Source: Mycoplasmatota bacterium
GTDB lineage: Bacteria; Bacillota_I; Bacilli_A; MAG-NZ
Length of the DNA stretch: 64,000 nt
NCBI GenBank assembly: GCA_018394315.1
Contig: CP074575.1
Location: forward strand, 1,706,615 to 1,770,614
Direction of reading: 5' to 3'
Below, in pieces: positions 31,682 to 43,413 of the stretch. The notes under the pieces are model-generated. The model was not told where the DNA came from. It saw only the letters and a list, made by a program, of their open reading frames with translations, and did not search any database. Every line of letters starts with the position of its first letter. The first letter of the stretch is position 1. Both the position numbers and the translations under genes were made by a program.

Positions 31682-31989
31682 ATTGGTGTACCTCCTAAGT
31701 TTTTTTTCTTAAATCTCTGCAAAACAGATAACAAATAAATTTCTTAATTAGGATTATACGTTTCAATATGGGCATCAATTGAAAAATATTCAAGCTGTAT
31801 TTATTTATTGTTAATTTAAGACTATGAATTATATCACCACTTAAATTATATGTCAATAAATTAAAAAAAATACATTTTTTTTGATAAATAATTGAAAGAG
31901 ATCCACTCAAATGCATATGTTCATTTGTTTATCATAAAGTATTCTTACGTGGATACTTAAATCAAATTCGCAAAAATAAGATGCTTCCT

Positions 31990-32478
31990 CTATTTATTAA
32001 TTGATTGATAATATTGTTTATAAAGAAGATCTGCGATTGAGCCTTCTCTCATTCTTCCAATCACATCATCAACATCATACCACGATGCATTGTCTACTTC
32101 GTTTTCATCGATAATTAAGTTAAGTTGATTTGTTACAGCATGGAATCCTACCATTAGAACACTACTACAGTTGTAAAAATGGCTATTTAAGTAATCACAC
32201 TTGATTATATCTATACCTACTTCTTCCTTAATTTCTCTTTTGACACATTCTTCTAAAGTTTCTCCCGGTTTAATAAAACCAGCAATCAACACTTTATATC
32301 TAGAATCATTATTCTGGTTAATTAGGCAAACCTGATTTTTATGATTTGTAAGGATCGCAATCATCGCCAAATCAACCTTAGGAAAATGTAATTTCTTACA
32401 ATCTGCACAGTAAGGAATATCTCCTTCATTATCAATACTTTTAAAACTTAATTCATTTCCACAATCGATACAGTACAT
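31990..32478 (-). CDS. NudC-like NADH pyrophosphatase (NUDIX with Zn ribbon)
   Basis: CIDCG...CADC, AGFIKPGETLEECVKREIKEEVG Nudix box. Confidence 0.85.
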   Translation of the reverse strand: MYCIDCGNELSFKSIDNEGDIPYCADCKKLHFPKVDLAMIAILTNHKNQVCLINQNNDSRYKVLIAGFIKPGETLEECVKREIKEEVGIDIIKCDYLNSHFYNCSSVLMVGFHAVTNQLNLIIDENEVDNASWYDVDDVIGRMREGSIADLLYKQYYQSINK

Positions 32479-32607
32479 ACTAATTCCCCCTATTATAGAA
32501 TGATAATATCTATTTATTTGCTTTAATTTACAAATGAAAATTTATTGTCTCATTTGAAAAATAAATAAAATCGTAGAAAAAAGACGGTTATGTTAAATTC
32601 TATAACT

Positions 32608-33300
32608 CTAGTTTAGTTCATTTGTTTTTTTATTTATTAACAACCAAATTGTAAATGACAATTCTCCAATAAATGATACAAGTAGTAAGATCGAGAAGAC
32701 AGTCAATAAAATACTGTTCTCTATATTGAAAAAAACTCTTAAGCTATCAAATATATGACCAAGACTTCCAATCATTATTAAGTAGCCTATAACTTTAGGC
32801 GCAAATTCAGATAGGAATATTAAGTATCCTAGTACTGCCAAATGAATTGCGAAGAATACTCCCCATACAAAAACTGTATTTTCATGGATATTGAATAGTA
32901 ATAAAACTAAAGTGTCAAGCTGTTCTCCTGAGAATCCTATTAAAAATTCAGGGTTCCTGATGATGGATAATATTGCTAGATAGATAATAACATTTACACC
33001 CATAATTGCAACCATACCAAATCTGCTAATAGCTCCAATAAGTGAGTAGTATCTATTTACTCTTCTAAAGATAATATACAATGTTGTTACCATCAATATT
33101 TCAATTGAAAATATCAAAACCTCTCCAAAAATTCCTATTCTAAACAATGTCTCATTTGCCAATAAGTTTTCAACTGTCTGTGATGCATTACCTTCAACAA
33201 TTATCGTAGAGGGTATATATATAATTATAAACGGACCCAGCAAAATTAATAATATGTATAAGAATCCCGCTAATCTAGTTTGTTGTTTCAATGTTTTCAT
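32608..33300 (-). CDS. DUF4386-like membrane protein
   Basis: RLAGFLY N-terminus, 6-7 TM helices, GELSFTIWLL. Confidence 0.72.
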   Translation of the reverse strand: MKTLKQQTRLAGFLYILLILLGPFIIIYIPSTIIVEGNASQTVENLLANETLFRIGIFGEVLIFSIEILMVTTLYIIFRRVNRYYSLIGAISRFGMVAIMGVNVIIYLAILSIIRNPEFLIGFSGEQLDTLVLLLFNIHENTVFVWGVFFAIHLAVLGYLIFLSEFAPKVIGYLIMIGSLGHIFDSLRVFFNIENSILLTVFSILLLVSFIGELSFTIWLLINKKTNELN

Positions 33301-33470
33301 TTTCTTCTCCCTTTCAAATTATTTTACTTATTAATTAACAAAAGCAATAGAAAAGTCAATAGAAGCTAATTCTAGAATAAGTTTTTCTTTTATTGTAATA
33401 GTTGATTTTACCCTTTTTCTAATTGTTAGATTCTTAAGTATTTTCATTAAGGTTTCATATAATTCTATAT

Positions 33471-34091
33471 TCATATCTTCTTTGAAACAACGAAATATTC
33501 TTTCGAACTTTGATTAAGGCATTCAGTTTCAACTTCTATAAAATTTCCATTATCTATTAAATCTACTAATTCAAAGATTTTAAATGATCTTATAATTGGA
33601 ACTAATCCAATTTTACTTAATAAATATAATAGTTTTCTAAGAAATCTCTTCTCTCCCATGCACGGTGTTACAGAAACGAACAATCCACCTGGTTTTAATA
33701 ATTCATTTATCCTTTGAATTACTTTTGGTGTATCTTCTATCAAATGAAGAACATAAAAAACTAAGATGACATCAAATGAGTCTTTCTCATATCTCTCATC
33801 AAATATTGTTGAGTGAGCATATTCAATGTTTTTAATTTTGCGTCCATCTGTTTTTGTTTTTGCGATGTCGAGCATTTTAGACGATATATCATTAGCATAA
33901 ATCACTTTAACACTTCCAGCGATTTCGTTTGATATTTTTCCAGTTCCACATCCATAATCTAAAACAACATCACTCAATTTTAGATACTTTTTTATTTTCT
34001 CAATAATCTTGATATAAGTTAGTTCATCTTTCTTTTCTTCTTGATCATACTTATTTGCCATATTGTCCCAAAACTTCTCTGATTGATTCAT
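33471..34091 (-). CDS. Class I SAM-dependent methyltransferase
   Basis: FWD...Y, VLDYGCGTG, LKPGG. Confidence 0.88.
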   Translation of the reverse strand: MNQSEKFWDNMANKYDQEEKKDELTYIKIIEKIKKYLKLSDVVLDYGCGTGKISNEIAGSVKVIYANDISSKMLDIAKTKTDGRKIKNIEYAHSTIFDERYEKDSFDVILVFYVLHLIEDTPKVIQRINELLKPGGLFVSVTPCMGEKRFLRKLLYLLSKIGLVPIIRSFKIFELVDLIDNGNFIEVETECLNQSSKEYFVVSKKI

Positions 34092-34116
34092 TTCACTTTC
34101 TCCTGACTGTGATTTA

Positions 34117-34818
34117 TTAAAGTTTAGCAATACCGCATTTATATCCAGAATATATCACTGATGTATTGAATCCTTTTACAATCAGCCATATCGCCAAAAT
34201 CATTTCTAGTAAGGCCATTGGCAGACTTAAAACAATGTAGATTGGTGTTATGATGTCGATGAATTGGAACATTACTAATAAGCTTGCTAACATGGTCAAT
34301 ACTGTACCAATTAAACCCCAACCTGATAACCACCTAGGAACTAGTTTTGTTTTGTAGAAAATGTAATAAAGTATTAGCCCTCCTAAACTATGAACTAGTA
34401 TCATTGCCACATGGTTCACTAAATCACGTCCTGCTCGAAGTAATACACCTAAAGTGTGAAAATAGGATGAATCAGGTGCTCCAGCTTTGATAAACTCCTG
34501 ACTTAATATCAGTAGTAATAGTATGGCAATCACTCCAATTATATTGAACACGCCAGCAATAAACCTAAAACCAATGAATCCAATTGCTAGACCTTTGTTA
34601 AATTTTCTTAAGATAGGATACATCAAAAAAGCAAAGCCAACATATGCTACGGCCATAATAAACTGAAAAATTGATGCAATTATTACTTGGTTAGCATTTG
34701 CAGAAGCTTTAAATAAATAATCTGGTGCATCGATTGCTGGAGCAATGCTTAGTATCCCAGCAATGGTACCAATTATAAATAGTAATCCAGCAATTATTGT
34801 AGTTTTTCTTAAACTCAT
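34117..34818 (-). CDS. DUF4386-like membrane protein
   Basis: LVPRWLSGWG, EMILAIWLIVKGF. Confidence 0.75.
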   Translation of the reverse strand: MSLRKTTIIAGLLFIIGTIAGILSIAPAIDAPDYLFKASANANQVIIASIFQFIMAVAYVGFAFLMYPILRKFNKGLAIGFIGFRFIAGVFNIIGVIAILLLLILSQEFIKAGAPDSSYFHTLGVLLRAGRDLVNHVAMILVHSLGGLILYYIFYKTKLVPRWLSGWGLIGTVLTMLASLLVMFQFIDIITPIYIVLSLPMALLEMILAIWLIVKGFNTSVIYSGYKCGIAKL

Positions 34819-35046
34819 AATTTCACTCCTTTCCCTTCTATATATATCAGTTTCTCAACTGATATATTTGTAGTATATTAGAAAAAGGTTTGACTGAATA
34901 GGCTCTAAAGTACTATTTAAGGTACTATTTTTTATAATAACTAGAAAGATAACCCATTTATGTTGCATTTTAAAAAAATACTTATGATTTTTCTGTATAT
35001 TTTACAAACATGAAACCATAAGTATTCAATTTATTCTATAATTCAA

Positions 35047-37791
35047 TTACAATAATCCCAACTCACGTGCTCGCTTAATAGCTTCAGTTCTACTTTTCAC
35101 TTGTAGCTTTCCGAATAGATTTTGATTATAATTTTTTATCGTACTCAATGCTAAAAACAATCTATCAGAAATATCATGATTTGAGAGTCCATCAGCAATT
35201 AATTTTAATATTTCCAGTTCACGTTTACTCAATGGTACTATGATTTTTGAATATGATTTAGAAGACGCTAATCTAGATTCATTAGTATCCCTAATCTTTT
35301 CTATTTCCGTAAGTAACTTGGAAACATAGTCTGGACTGATTATATAAATATCAGATTCCAATAATAATCGATGCAATTGCATCCCGTCATTTATAAAGAC
35401 CAGAAAAAACTCTTCAGGTTCAGCAAGCTTTATAGCAACTTTAAGACTTTCTAATGCAAGCTCTAAATCACCACTTAACTCATAAACAAATGCTTTTAGG
35501 ATATGTAGTTCAATGATATGCCCAATCCTGTTGCCTTCCCTTACTTCTACTAATAAGCGTTCAATCAATAATTTTGCATCACCTAAAAGTTTCTTATTAT
35601 TAAAATAACTAAACTTTGCAATAAGTACTCTTACTAGAGTGATATGTTCAAACTCACGGAGATAACTAAGTTCGTCTTCTATAGTTAGGTGATTTTCTTT
35701 AACCCAATCCAACGCCTCATATATCTTTCCCTGTTTTATGAACACTCTGGTCTTCAGTGCACCAAGTGGTACTATGTTAGGTATTGGATTCCTATAATAG
35801 TAGCTTTCTGCTTCATTTAGAAGATCGAGGGATTCATCCAATTTTCCTTGGTTCTCCATTATTCGAGCTTTTAGAAGATACCAGTTATATCGCCAGTTTG
35901 GTAGTGCAGCATTCTCACCTTTTTCCATACTTCGTTTCAGAAACTCTTCCGCTCCAATCAAATCACCTTTAAGAAGTTTAATATTTCCGATACCTAAATA
36001 AAAGCTAGCAATAGGTATTTGATAAATTTTATCTTCTTCAAGAGCGGAATGTAGTGATTTTTCATATATTCTTAATGCCTGATTGAGCTTTCCTTGTTCT
36101 ATCCTTATCGGAGCTAAAACAACAGCCACCATAATATCCATCTTAGTATTTACAATATCTTTAGTTATAGTATTATAAGCAGCTTCTAATTCTCCATTTG
36201 CCCATTGTGCGAGACCAAGCAACGTATTTACTACTTCTTTGTTATAATGATCTCCCTTAGGAATCTGATTTTGAGCTTTAAGCGCATACTTTATCGAAGC
36301 CTTTATATCACCAAGAACCGATGCAAGATATGCACGTGCTGTAGCTATTATCGAAGGCAACATATTATACTGTTCTTCATCAGTAATTACTATATCTAAT
36401 ATAGAATTCTCATTCCTCATTCCATTATTTGATATTTTTTCGATACAATTTTCAGCACTTTGTAGTCTTTGTTCACAACCTTCAATTTCTCCAGCATCAA
36501 GTAAGGCCCATGCATATCCGACACTAAGTACAGGTCTTAATCTGACCAATTCATCAGGAATCATCTTTGCCCATCTAAGCCAGGTAGCAGACTGTAAACT
36601 CTTATCCATTTTTGACCACGTTACCTCTATCAAAGATGCAGCTCTTTCAAAATCTCTTGCAGCTAACGCATGATGTATAGCCTCACTGGTCAAATCGTTA
36701 TTTTCAAACCACTTACTGGCACGTATATGTAAATCAGCAACATTCTTGTCTTTATTATTCTTTGATAAATGGAATTCCTTTGAGAGTTTTTGCCTAAGTA
36801 AATCTGCGAAGAGATGGTGATAACGGTACCACACACGCTCATTGTCTAATGGGACAATAAACAGATTTATATGTTGAAGGTATTCTAAAATTTTTTGGCT
36901 TGTAGCTGAACAATTAAGCATGATCGCATCGCAAAGAGAACCGCAAAAACAATCCAAAATAGAAGTATGTAGCAAGAAAGAATGTATTTCTTCAGACTGC
37001 TGATTAAGAACTTCTTCAACAAGATAATCCATTATAAAATTATGATTACCTGAGAAAGATTCAATGAATCCAGTGATATCTTTTTGTCCTAGTATCGAAA
37101 TTGCTACTAATTGTAGTCCAGCTATCCAACCTTCCGTACGTGTTTCAAGTGTTACTATATCTTTATCGGAAAGGCTCAAGCTCATAACCTGATTGAAAAA
37201 GTCAGTCACTTCTAAGTGAGTAAATCGTAAATCCATCGCTCTTATTTCTTTTAATTGGTTTTTTGAGCGTAATCTAGCAAGCGGTAAGTATTGATCATTA
37301 CGAGTAATCACAACAAAACGCATCTGCGTTGGCATATGATCTAATAAAAAAATTAATGCATCATTTACCGCCTTATTATCAATGACATGATAGTCGTCTA
37401 TAACAAACACAAAATTCATCGCTATTTCTGCAATTTCATTGATTAAAGTTGTTAAAATTGCATCCACTCCTACTGTATGTAATGAGTGGATTTCATCTAA
37501 CACTCCTTCACCAACTTCCAGTCCTATTGATTGCAAGGCTACAATAAAATAAGATATAAATTGTATTAAATCGTTATCCTCTTCCTCCAGTGACAACCAT
37601 GCAACAGGATAATTGCAACCCGTTACCCACTCACTTACAAGTGTTGTCTTCCCAAAGCCAGCAGGGGCACAAATCAGTGTGAGTTTGCATCCTACATCTT
37701 CACTCAATCGCTTAAGTAGTCGTGTGCGAGTAACTGCTTTAGAGCGAAGTTGAGGGACATAAAGTTTAGTTTTTAAAATTGGTTTAGTCAT
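35047..37791 (-). CDS. MalT-like ATP-binding LuxR transcriptional regulator
   Basis: APAGFGKTT Walker A, IDDYH, YRYHHLF, TPR-like region, C-terminal LSKRELEIL LuxR HTH. Confidence 0.92.
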   Translation of the reverse strand: MTKPILKTKLYVPQLRSKAVTRTRLLKRLSEDVGCKLTLICAPAGFGKTTLVSEWVTGCNYPVAWLSLEEEDNDLIQFISYFIVALQSIGLEVGEGVLDEIHSLHTVGVDAILTTLINEIAEIAMNFVFVIDDYHVIDNKAVNDALIFLLDHMPTQMRFVVITRNDQYLPLARLRSKNQLKEIRAMDLRFTHLEVTDFFNQVMSLSLSDKDIVTLETRTEGWIAGLQLVAISILGQKDITGFIESFSGNHNFIMDYLVEEVLNQQSEEIHSFLLHTSILDCFCGSLCDAIMLNCSATSQKILEYLQHINLFIVPLDNERVWYRYHHLFADLLRQKLSKEFHLSKNNKDKNVADLHIRASKWFENNDLTSEAIHHALAARDFERAASLIEVTWSKMDKSLQSATWLRWAKMIPDELVRLRPVLSVGYAWALLDAGEIEGCEQRLQSAENCIEKISNNGMRNENSILDIVITDEEQYNMLPSIIATARAYLASVLGDIKASIKYALKAQNQIPKGDHYNKEVVNTLLGLAQWANGELEAAYNTITKDIVNTKMDIMVAVVLAPIRIEQGKLNQALRIYEKSLHSALEEDKIYQIPIASFYLGIGNIKLLKGDLIGAEEFLKRSMEKGENAALPNWRYNWYLLKARIMENQGKLDESLDLLNEAESYYYRNPIPNIVPLGALKTRVFIKQGKIYEALDWVKENHLTIEDELSYLREFEHITLVRVLIAKFSYFNNKKLLGDAKLLIERLLVEVREGNRIGHIIELHILKAFVYELSGDLELALESLKVAIKLAEPEEFFLVFINDGMQLHRLLLESDIYIISPDYVSKLLTEIEKIRDTNESRLASSKSYSKIIVPLSKRELEILKLIADGLSNHDISDRLFLALSTIKNYNQNLFGKLQVKSRTEAIKRARELGLL

Positions 37792-38369
37792 TTTTATTCC
37801 TCCTAAAAAATAGTGGTTTAGTAATGACAGTAATTTTAAATCTATTAATGCATCCTATTATTTAAATTAGCAACCTCATGATGCTCTGATACAATGAATT
37901 ACTTTGAATTTATTTATTAATGTGTACGAAAGACTATATCTATGTTTTTTTTGTACACATGCACTGAAACAATTTTCTAAGAAACAAGACGCCATAAGGA
38001 TAAAGTACATGGCTACGTGCAACTTTCCTTGATGCTCATATTATATCATTTATGAGTGATTTTTGGCGAATGATATTTTTTTGAAAGTATCCTATCATTA
38101 TTTCTTATTCTACCAGTGATTATTAATCTATATCTATAATCAAGTCCATATCGATTAAAGCAATTCATATAGTTCTATAGGTGTATAGATGACAGAGTTG
38201 AAAATTTCTAAAGTATACCCTAATTCCGACATTGTTACAATGAACATCAACATTTTCAAAAACTCAAGCTATACGAAAAATATTATTGGATAAATCACTA
38301 ATGAAAAGTTAAAGAATTATTTAGATTATATAATTCAAGACACCCACTCGCTACATAATTGTGTACAAA

Positions 38370-38399
38370 ACAGGCACCATTCAATTGAATGGTGCCTGT
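38370..38399. terminator. Strong hairpin downstream of the ABC permease
   Basis: ACAGGCACCATTCAA-TTGAATGGTGCCTGT perfect palindrome. Confidence 0.6.
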
Positions 38400-38498
38400 G
38401 ACTGGAAATATCATTGAAATACCTATTATGTCCAATACTATAATATTTTTAATATAACGATATTTTATTGATTGGTTTCCAATATTAATAATATTATG

Positions 38499-40889
38499 TT
38501 AATTTCTCAATAACTCGGCAACTGTATTAGTATCCATTTTATTAAACACCTGTTTTGTTACTAGATAAATGATTACATAATATATCACGATTATTAATAA
38601 AGAACTTGGTGGAAATGTCCAAACAAAGTGCGCGTTTTGTTCAGCTAAACTGGCTACTACATACTTACTTAGAAAATATCCTATTGGTACCGAAATTACT
38701 ACTACGAAAATCATATATATATTCGCTTCCCATAATAGATACATCTTTAATTGGTTTTTGGTCATACCAATACTTCTTAGAATAGCAAATTCACGTTTTC
38801 TACCTGTTATTGACGTGTATATATTATTAATAATCATTGTGAAACTTACAATGCCAATGACTATAAACAATCCATATCCCATAGATGAAATTAAGAAAAA
38901 TTCCCTATATAGTTCTTGTTCTATTTCATCTAAAGTAGTTACTTGAATTTGTTTATCTTCTGTAATATCCTCTATTTCTTGCTTAACTTTTTCAAGACTT
39001 CCCTCAACAAGCAATCCCGCAAGAAAGTAATCAGTTACTCCAATCTTATCGATTAATAATGAATCATTTACTATTATAAGTGGTGATCCATATACAAAAG
39101 GTAATTTTATATTACTTGAAGTAATATAACCTTTAAAAACTACACTTAAAATCATCTCATTACCAGAATCATCAATAAATATTTGATTTATCTCATCCCC
39201 TATTTCATAATCAGAATATTTATATATATCATATAAATAAGCTTCATTATCATTTAATGAAGATAACTCAAGTTCATTAAACATAGTCTCATTGTACCCG
39301 ATTAATTTCGATTCTAATCCAAGTTTGCCTTCTTCCCTTAGATTATTTAAATACACTTCACTATCTATGAAATTTTCATTTATGCTTACATCCTCAAATG
39401 GTATAGTAACATCTAATTGTTTGATAACTACTATATCACGAACATTATCTAATTTACTTAAATCATCTATCAAATCTTCAGTAACAACACCTTCAACTAG
39501 AACGTCACCTTGCGTCATACCCTCTGCTAATATCCTAGAATCCATACTTTTCAAAAAGGATGTCAAGAATATAAATAATGCAGCACTCAAAGCCAGAAAT
39601 ATACTCGGAAGAATTGACTTAATTTTATTAGTTTTGAAATTAATTATTGCGAGTTTTGCTGCTGGTTTTTTTATTAATGCGTTTTTTCTACTTTCATATC
39701 TCACACTTTTGTTCCCCACATAGTTAATAGAACTAGTAATAGAAATCTTTTTTGTTTTTCTGAAAGGTATATAAATAGAGATCTTTACTGCAATCCAAAT
39801 GGTAATAAAAGTTGAAATAAACATAAATAATACCATTAACCATACATCTTTAATTAGAAATATATTTAGGTCTAATTTAGATAATAACGAATCATTTGTA
39901 TTAGTTGTATCTGTCATTAAATATTGTACTAAGACTATACTTAAGAACGCTATTATACCTAATACAAATCCATATATAATTCCCCTTTTAAGAAATTGAT
40001 ACCCTTCTTTTTTAAAAACTATCTTTAGTTGATTATGTGTCATTCCTATTGATTTTAATAAACCAATTGTTTTGATTCTTTCATTTATAGAGTAAGAAAA
40101 TATGTTTCCAACTGACACTATACTAAGCAAGATAACCAAACTAGCCACTAAAATTGAAGGAGCTAATATTCCGTTTATCATTTCCGAATTTGAAATTGGT
40201 AATGCTAATTGATTTTTTGAGATATTAAGTGTCGTACCTGTTTTTAATAAATCGTTAGTTGAAACAAATATTTTTTTGCTTATATACACATCTCTTCTGA
40301 CAAAATCATTTGATATATGCGCAAAGGCTTCACTTACAATAAAAGTTTCCTTATAGCCTTCTTCTTGAAAAATATTATCCTTGATGATACCCGTTAAAAT
40401 AAATGTTTCTTGACGTTGATCCTCGTCTAAACTTTGATAAGAAAGTGTAATTTCTTCACCTATTATACCATTCGCTCCTAAATAACTAATAGCACTTTCA
40501 CTTAATGTGATATCGGAAGAACTGTCAGGATATCTCCCTTCCAACAAATTATAATTGAATCCACTTATAATTGATTTATCAACCGTTTCTACTTTATATG
40601 TATTAAAGTGATCTCTTATAAATCCTAATAGATGCGTCTTCCCAACACTATTAAAGCTATCCTCCTTACTTAATTCAACAGATTGTTCATCGGTTACATT
40701 AATATAAGCAGCGTCAAAGTCACCAAAAGATACGAAATCCCATTTAAGCCAAATACCAAATGTCATGATAATCATTATACCTATAACAAACATTAATGCT
40801 GCTGATAGAGATATTACTGAAGTAATTAATTTACCTCTTGCTTTTGAAGCTTCAGAATACTTTATTCCTAAATTATCTATACATTTCAT
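38499..40889 (-). CDS. FtsX/MacB-like ABC exporter permease
   Basis: Two FtsX-like halves: ERIKTIGLLKSIG and RKREFAILRSIG. Confidence 0.88.
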   Translation of the reverse strand: MKCIDNLGIKYSEASKARGKLITSVISLSAALMFVIGIMIIMTFGIWLKWDFVSFGDFDAAYINVTDEQSVELSKEDSFNSVGKTHLLGFIRDHFNTYKVETVDKSIISGFNYNLLEGRYPDSSSDITLSESAISYLGANGIIGEEITLSYQSLDEDQRQETFILTGIIKDNIFQEEGYKETFIVSEAFAHISNDFVRRDVYISKKIFVSTNDLLKTGTTLNISKNQLALPISNSEMINGILAPSILVASLVILLSIVSVGNIFSYSINERIKTIGLLKSIGMTHNQLKIVFKKEGYQFLKRGIIYGFVLGIIAFLSIVLVQYLMTDTTNTNDSLLSKLDLNIFLIKDVWLMVLFMFISTFITIWIAVKISIYIPFRKTKKISITSSINYVGNKSVRYESRKNALIKKPAAKLAIINFKTNKIKSILPSIFLALSAALFIFLTSFLKSMDSRILAEGMTQGDVLVEGVVTEDLIDDLSKLDNVRDIVVIKQLDVTIPFEDVSINENFIDSEVYLNNLREEGKLGLESKLIGYNETMFNELELSSLNDNEAYLYDIYKYSDYEIGDEINQIFIDDSGNEMILSVVFKGYITSSNIKLPFVYGSPLIIVNDSLLIDKIGVTDYFLAGLLVEGSLEKVKQEIEDITEDKQIQVTTLDEIEQELYREFFLISSMGYGLFIVIGIVSFTMIINNIYTSITGRKREFAILRSIGMTKNQLKMYLLWEANIYMIFVVVISVPIGYFLSKYVVASLAEQNAHFVWTFPPSSLLIIVIYYVIIYLVTKQVFNKMDTNTVAELLRN

Positions 40890-40897
40890 ATTATCAC

Positions 40898-41560
40898 CTA
40901 AACGACTTTCCCATCTTTTAAGTGAACAATTCGACCAGACATATTACTAATGTCTTCGTTATGAGTAATTAATATTAATGTAATACCATAATTATCTACA
41001 CATGTTTTAAGTAAATGCATAACCTCATCACTATTTTCACTATCTAAATTACCAGTAGGTTCGTCAGCTAAAATAATTGATGGATTAGATGCAATTGCTC
41101 TAGCAATCGCTACACGTTGTTGTTCTCCACCTGATAATGCACTTGGTAAATGATTTCTTCTGTCATCTATTTTTAGTACTTTCATTAAATCTAATATATA
41201 GGAATCATCAACACTTCTTCCATCTAGTTCAATTGGTAGAACTATATTTTCCCAAGCGTTTAAGACAGGTACTAAATTATAACTTTGAAAAATGAATCCT
41301 ACTTTTCTTCTTCTAAATATTGTTCGCTCAGTCTCATTTAGCGATAATAAATTTGTTCCATCTACAATTATTTCTCCTGAAGTTGGGCTATCAATTCCTC
41401 CGATTAGATTTAATAATGTTGTTTTCCCGGAACCAGATGAACCTACTACTGATACAAATTCACCTTGTTCGATATTTAGATCAATTTCATCAACAGCTTT
41501 AATAAGATTTCCACCATCCTGGTAGTGCTTAGATAACTGTTTTACTTTTAATATTTCCAT
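40898..41560 (-). CDS. ABC transporter ATP-binding protein (LolD/MacB type)
   Basis: [27 protein letters not shown]. Start at the ATG after GGAGG. Confidence 0.93.
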   Translation of the reverse strand: MEILKVKQLSKHYQDGGNLIKAVDEIDLNIEQGEFVSVVGSSGSGKTTLLNLIGGIDSPTSGEIIVDGTNLLSLNETERTIFRRRKVGFIFQSYNLVPVLNAWENIVLPIELDGRSVDDSYILDLMKVLKIDDRRNHLPSALSGGEQQRVAIARAIASNPSIILADEPTGNLDSENSDEVMHLLKTCVDNYGITLILITHNEDISNMSGRIVHLKDGKVV

Positions 41561-41609
41561 AATAAATCCTCCCTTTGAAAATAGTATATAGTTTGATTGT
41601 TTCAATTTG

Positions 41610-41637
41610 CTTACATACAGTCTTACAGAGTTGTAAG
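41610..41637. promoter_or_regulatory. Candidate response-regulator box upstream of the ABC genes
   Basis: CTTAC-N6-GTAAG (41622-41637) plus an extra CTTAC. The same motif occurs at 43393-43408. Confidence 0.6.
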
Positions 41638-42657
41638 TTATTTATATAATACTATTTCAAAAGTTGTTCCCTCATTTATTTTTGTACTAACTTTTATCGT
41701 TCCATTTTGCATTTCTATTATCTCACTCGCAAGATAAAGTCCGATACCAGTACCTTCTTCAGTTTTAGTATTTTTTCCTTTGTAAAAGCGTTTAAAAATA
41801 TGCGGAATATCTTCTTTCATAATTCCTCTTCCTGTATCTCTTATTATAATTCTATCCGATACATGCGAACTTCTAGTTGATATATATATTTCTCCTCCAG
41901 ATTCAGTATATTTAATAGCATTATCAAGAATATTTATAATTGCCTCTTTTGTCCATTTCTTATCCAGATTAATCTCCAAAGAACTTTGGATATCTCCTGT
42001 TATTTCAATTTTCTTAATTCTACTTTTAGGATAGACGCTATTTACTGACTCCGAGATCAAATCGTCAATACAAACTACTTGAGGTTCTAAATTTATCAAA
42101 CCAGTTTCTAATTTTGATATATCTAGTAACACTTTTGAGAACCACTCAAGTTTTACTACTTCCATTCCCATTTTGTTAATCATATTAATTCTATCTTCAT
42201 TGTTTAAATCTTCATGTAAAAGTGAATTAAATAGTTTAATTGCACTTACTGGAGTTTTTATTTGATGCGATAATTCAGTTATCAATTCGCTCATTTTTTC
42301 CTTTTCTGTTATTATCTTATTACTTGTCCTATCTAATCTTTCGAACAATCTAGCAAATTGATAATGTAGCCCTGATAAAATACCTTCTTGATAGTTTTGT
42401 TTACTGAATTGCATCTTACCATTTGTAGCTTTTGTTAGCATATCACTTAAATCATATAATTCCTTATAAACGTATCTTAAAATTATAAACAATATTATTG
42501 TATTTATAAAACTAATACTTATTAGAAGTATGATACCAACGTCAATTAATTCAAAGACGAATACTGTTATTGTTGAGATTATTAAAATTATATCTAATAG
42601 TAAAACAGAATATATTAAACCTTTTAATTTTACATTATTCATAAAATCCATACTCAT
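41638..42657 (-). CDS. Sensor histidine kinase (intramembrane-sensing type)
   Basis: Two adjacent TM helices, SHQIKTP H-box, NAIKY, DTGRG, GTGIGL. Confidence 0.92.
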   Translation of the reverse strand: MSMDFMNNVKLKGLIYSVLLLDIILIISTITVFVFELIDVGIILLISISFINTIILFIILRYVYKELYDLSDMLTKATNGKMQFSKQNYQEGILSGLHYQFARLFERLDRTSNKIITEKEKMSELITELSHQIKTPVSAIKLFNSLLHEDLNNEDRINMINKMGMEVVKLEWFSKVLLDISKLETGLINLEPQVVCIDDLISESVNSVYPKSRIKKIEITGDIQSSLEINLDKKWTKEAIINILDNAIKYTESGGEIYISTRSSHVSDRIIIRDTGRGIMKEDIPHIFKRFYKGKNTKTEEGTGIGLYLASEIIEMQNGTIKVSTKINEGTTFEIVLYK

Positions 42658-43352
42658 CGCCTATCACACCTCTGATTCCAAATATAGCCTACTCCTCTAA
42701 TTGTTTGTATATATTTTGGTGTAGAAGAGTCAACTTCAATTTTTTCTCTTATTCTCCTTATGTTAACAGCTAAAGTATTGTCATCTACAAATTTACTATC
42801 TACATCCCAGACTTTCTCTAATAATCTTTGTCTTGTTACTATACTTTTACTCTGTTCCATCAAGTATTTGATTATCTTGAATTCTGTGACACTTAAAACT
42901 ATCTCCAATCCATTTTTAAAGAGTTTCATTTGATTTATGTTTAATAGTATACAATTTGATTGATAAGTGGATTCTTCGATCTTGTTTGAACGTCTTAATA
43001 CTGAATTAATTCTAGATATAAGTTCACTTACATTGAAAGGTTTAGTGATATAATCATCACCACCAATGTTCAATCCAGTAACTATATTCAACTCATCTGA
43101 CAGAGCACTTAAAAATATAGTAGGTACATCATAACCCTTAGTAATTTCATTAAATAATTCAAAGCCAGTTCCATCAGGAAGCATAACGTCTAATATCACT
43201 AGATCAAATCTTTTGGATTTGCTACTTACTAAGGCATCTTTAATGTTATTTGCTACCTCAACCACAAATCCATTACTCTTTAATGCAAAGCTTAAACCAT
43301 ACGCTAATGAAGAATCATCCTCTACTAATAATATCTTTTTCATGATTACCAC
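42654..43352 (-). CDS. OmpR-family response regulator
   Basis: LLVEDD, LDVMLPDG, DDYITKPF, TIRGVGY. Confidence 0.93.
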   Translation of the reverse strand: MVIMKKILLVEDDSSLAYGLSFALKSNGFVVEVANNIKDALVSSKSKRFDLVILDVMLPDGTGFELFNEITKGYDVPTIFLSALSDELNIVTGLNIGGDDYITKPFNVSELISRINSVLRRSNKIEESTYQSNCILLNINQMKLFKNGLEIVLSVTEFKIIKYLMEQSKSIVTRQRLLEKVWDVDSKFVDDNTLAVNIRRIREKIEVDSSTPKYIQTIRGVGYIWNQRCDRR

Positions 43353-43387
43353 CTCTTTAATATTACACTACTTAAACACTGTTTAAA

Positions 43388-43413
43388 GCTTTCTTACGAC
43401 ATTGTAAGAAAGC
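43388..43413. promoter_or_regulatory. Candidate autoregulatory response-regulator box
   Basis: GCTTTCTTAC-N6-GTAAGAAAGC palindrome upstream of the regulator gene. Confidence 0.6.

Noticed and set aside
31695..31916. 73-aa ORF upstream of cspA
   Set aside because: Overlaps the promoter and long 5' UTR expected for csp genes. Low complexity, no RBS.
37800..38480. ~700-bp intergenic region as an ncRNA or gene
   Set aside because: Only short interrupted frames and one terminator-like palindrome. May be a decayed gene, but I cannot assign it.
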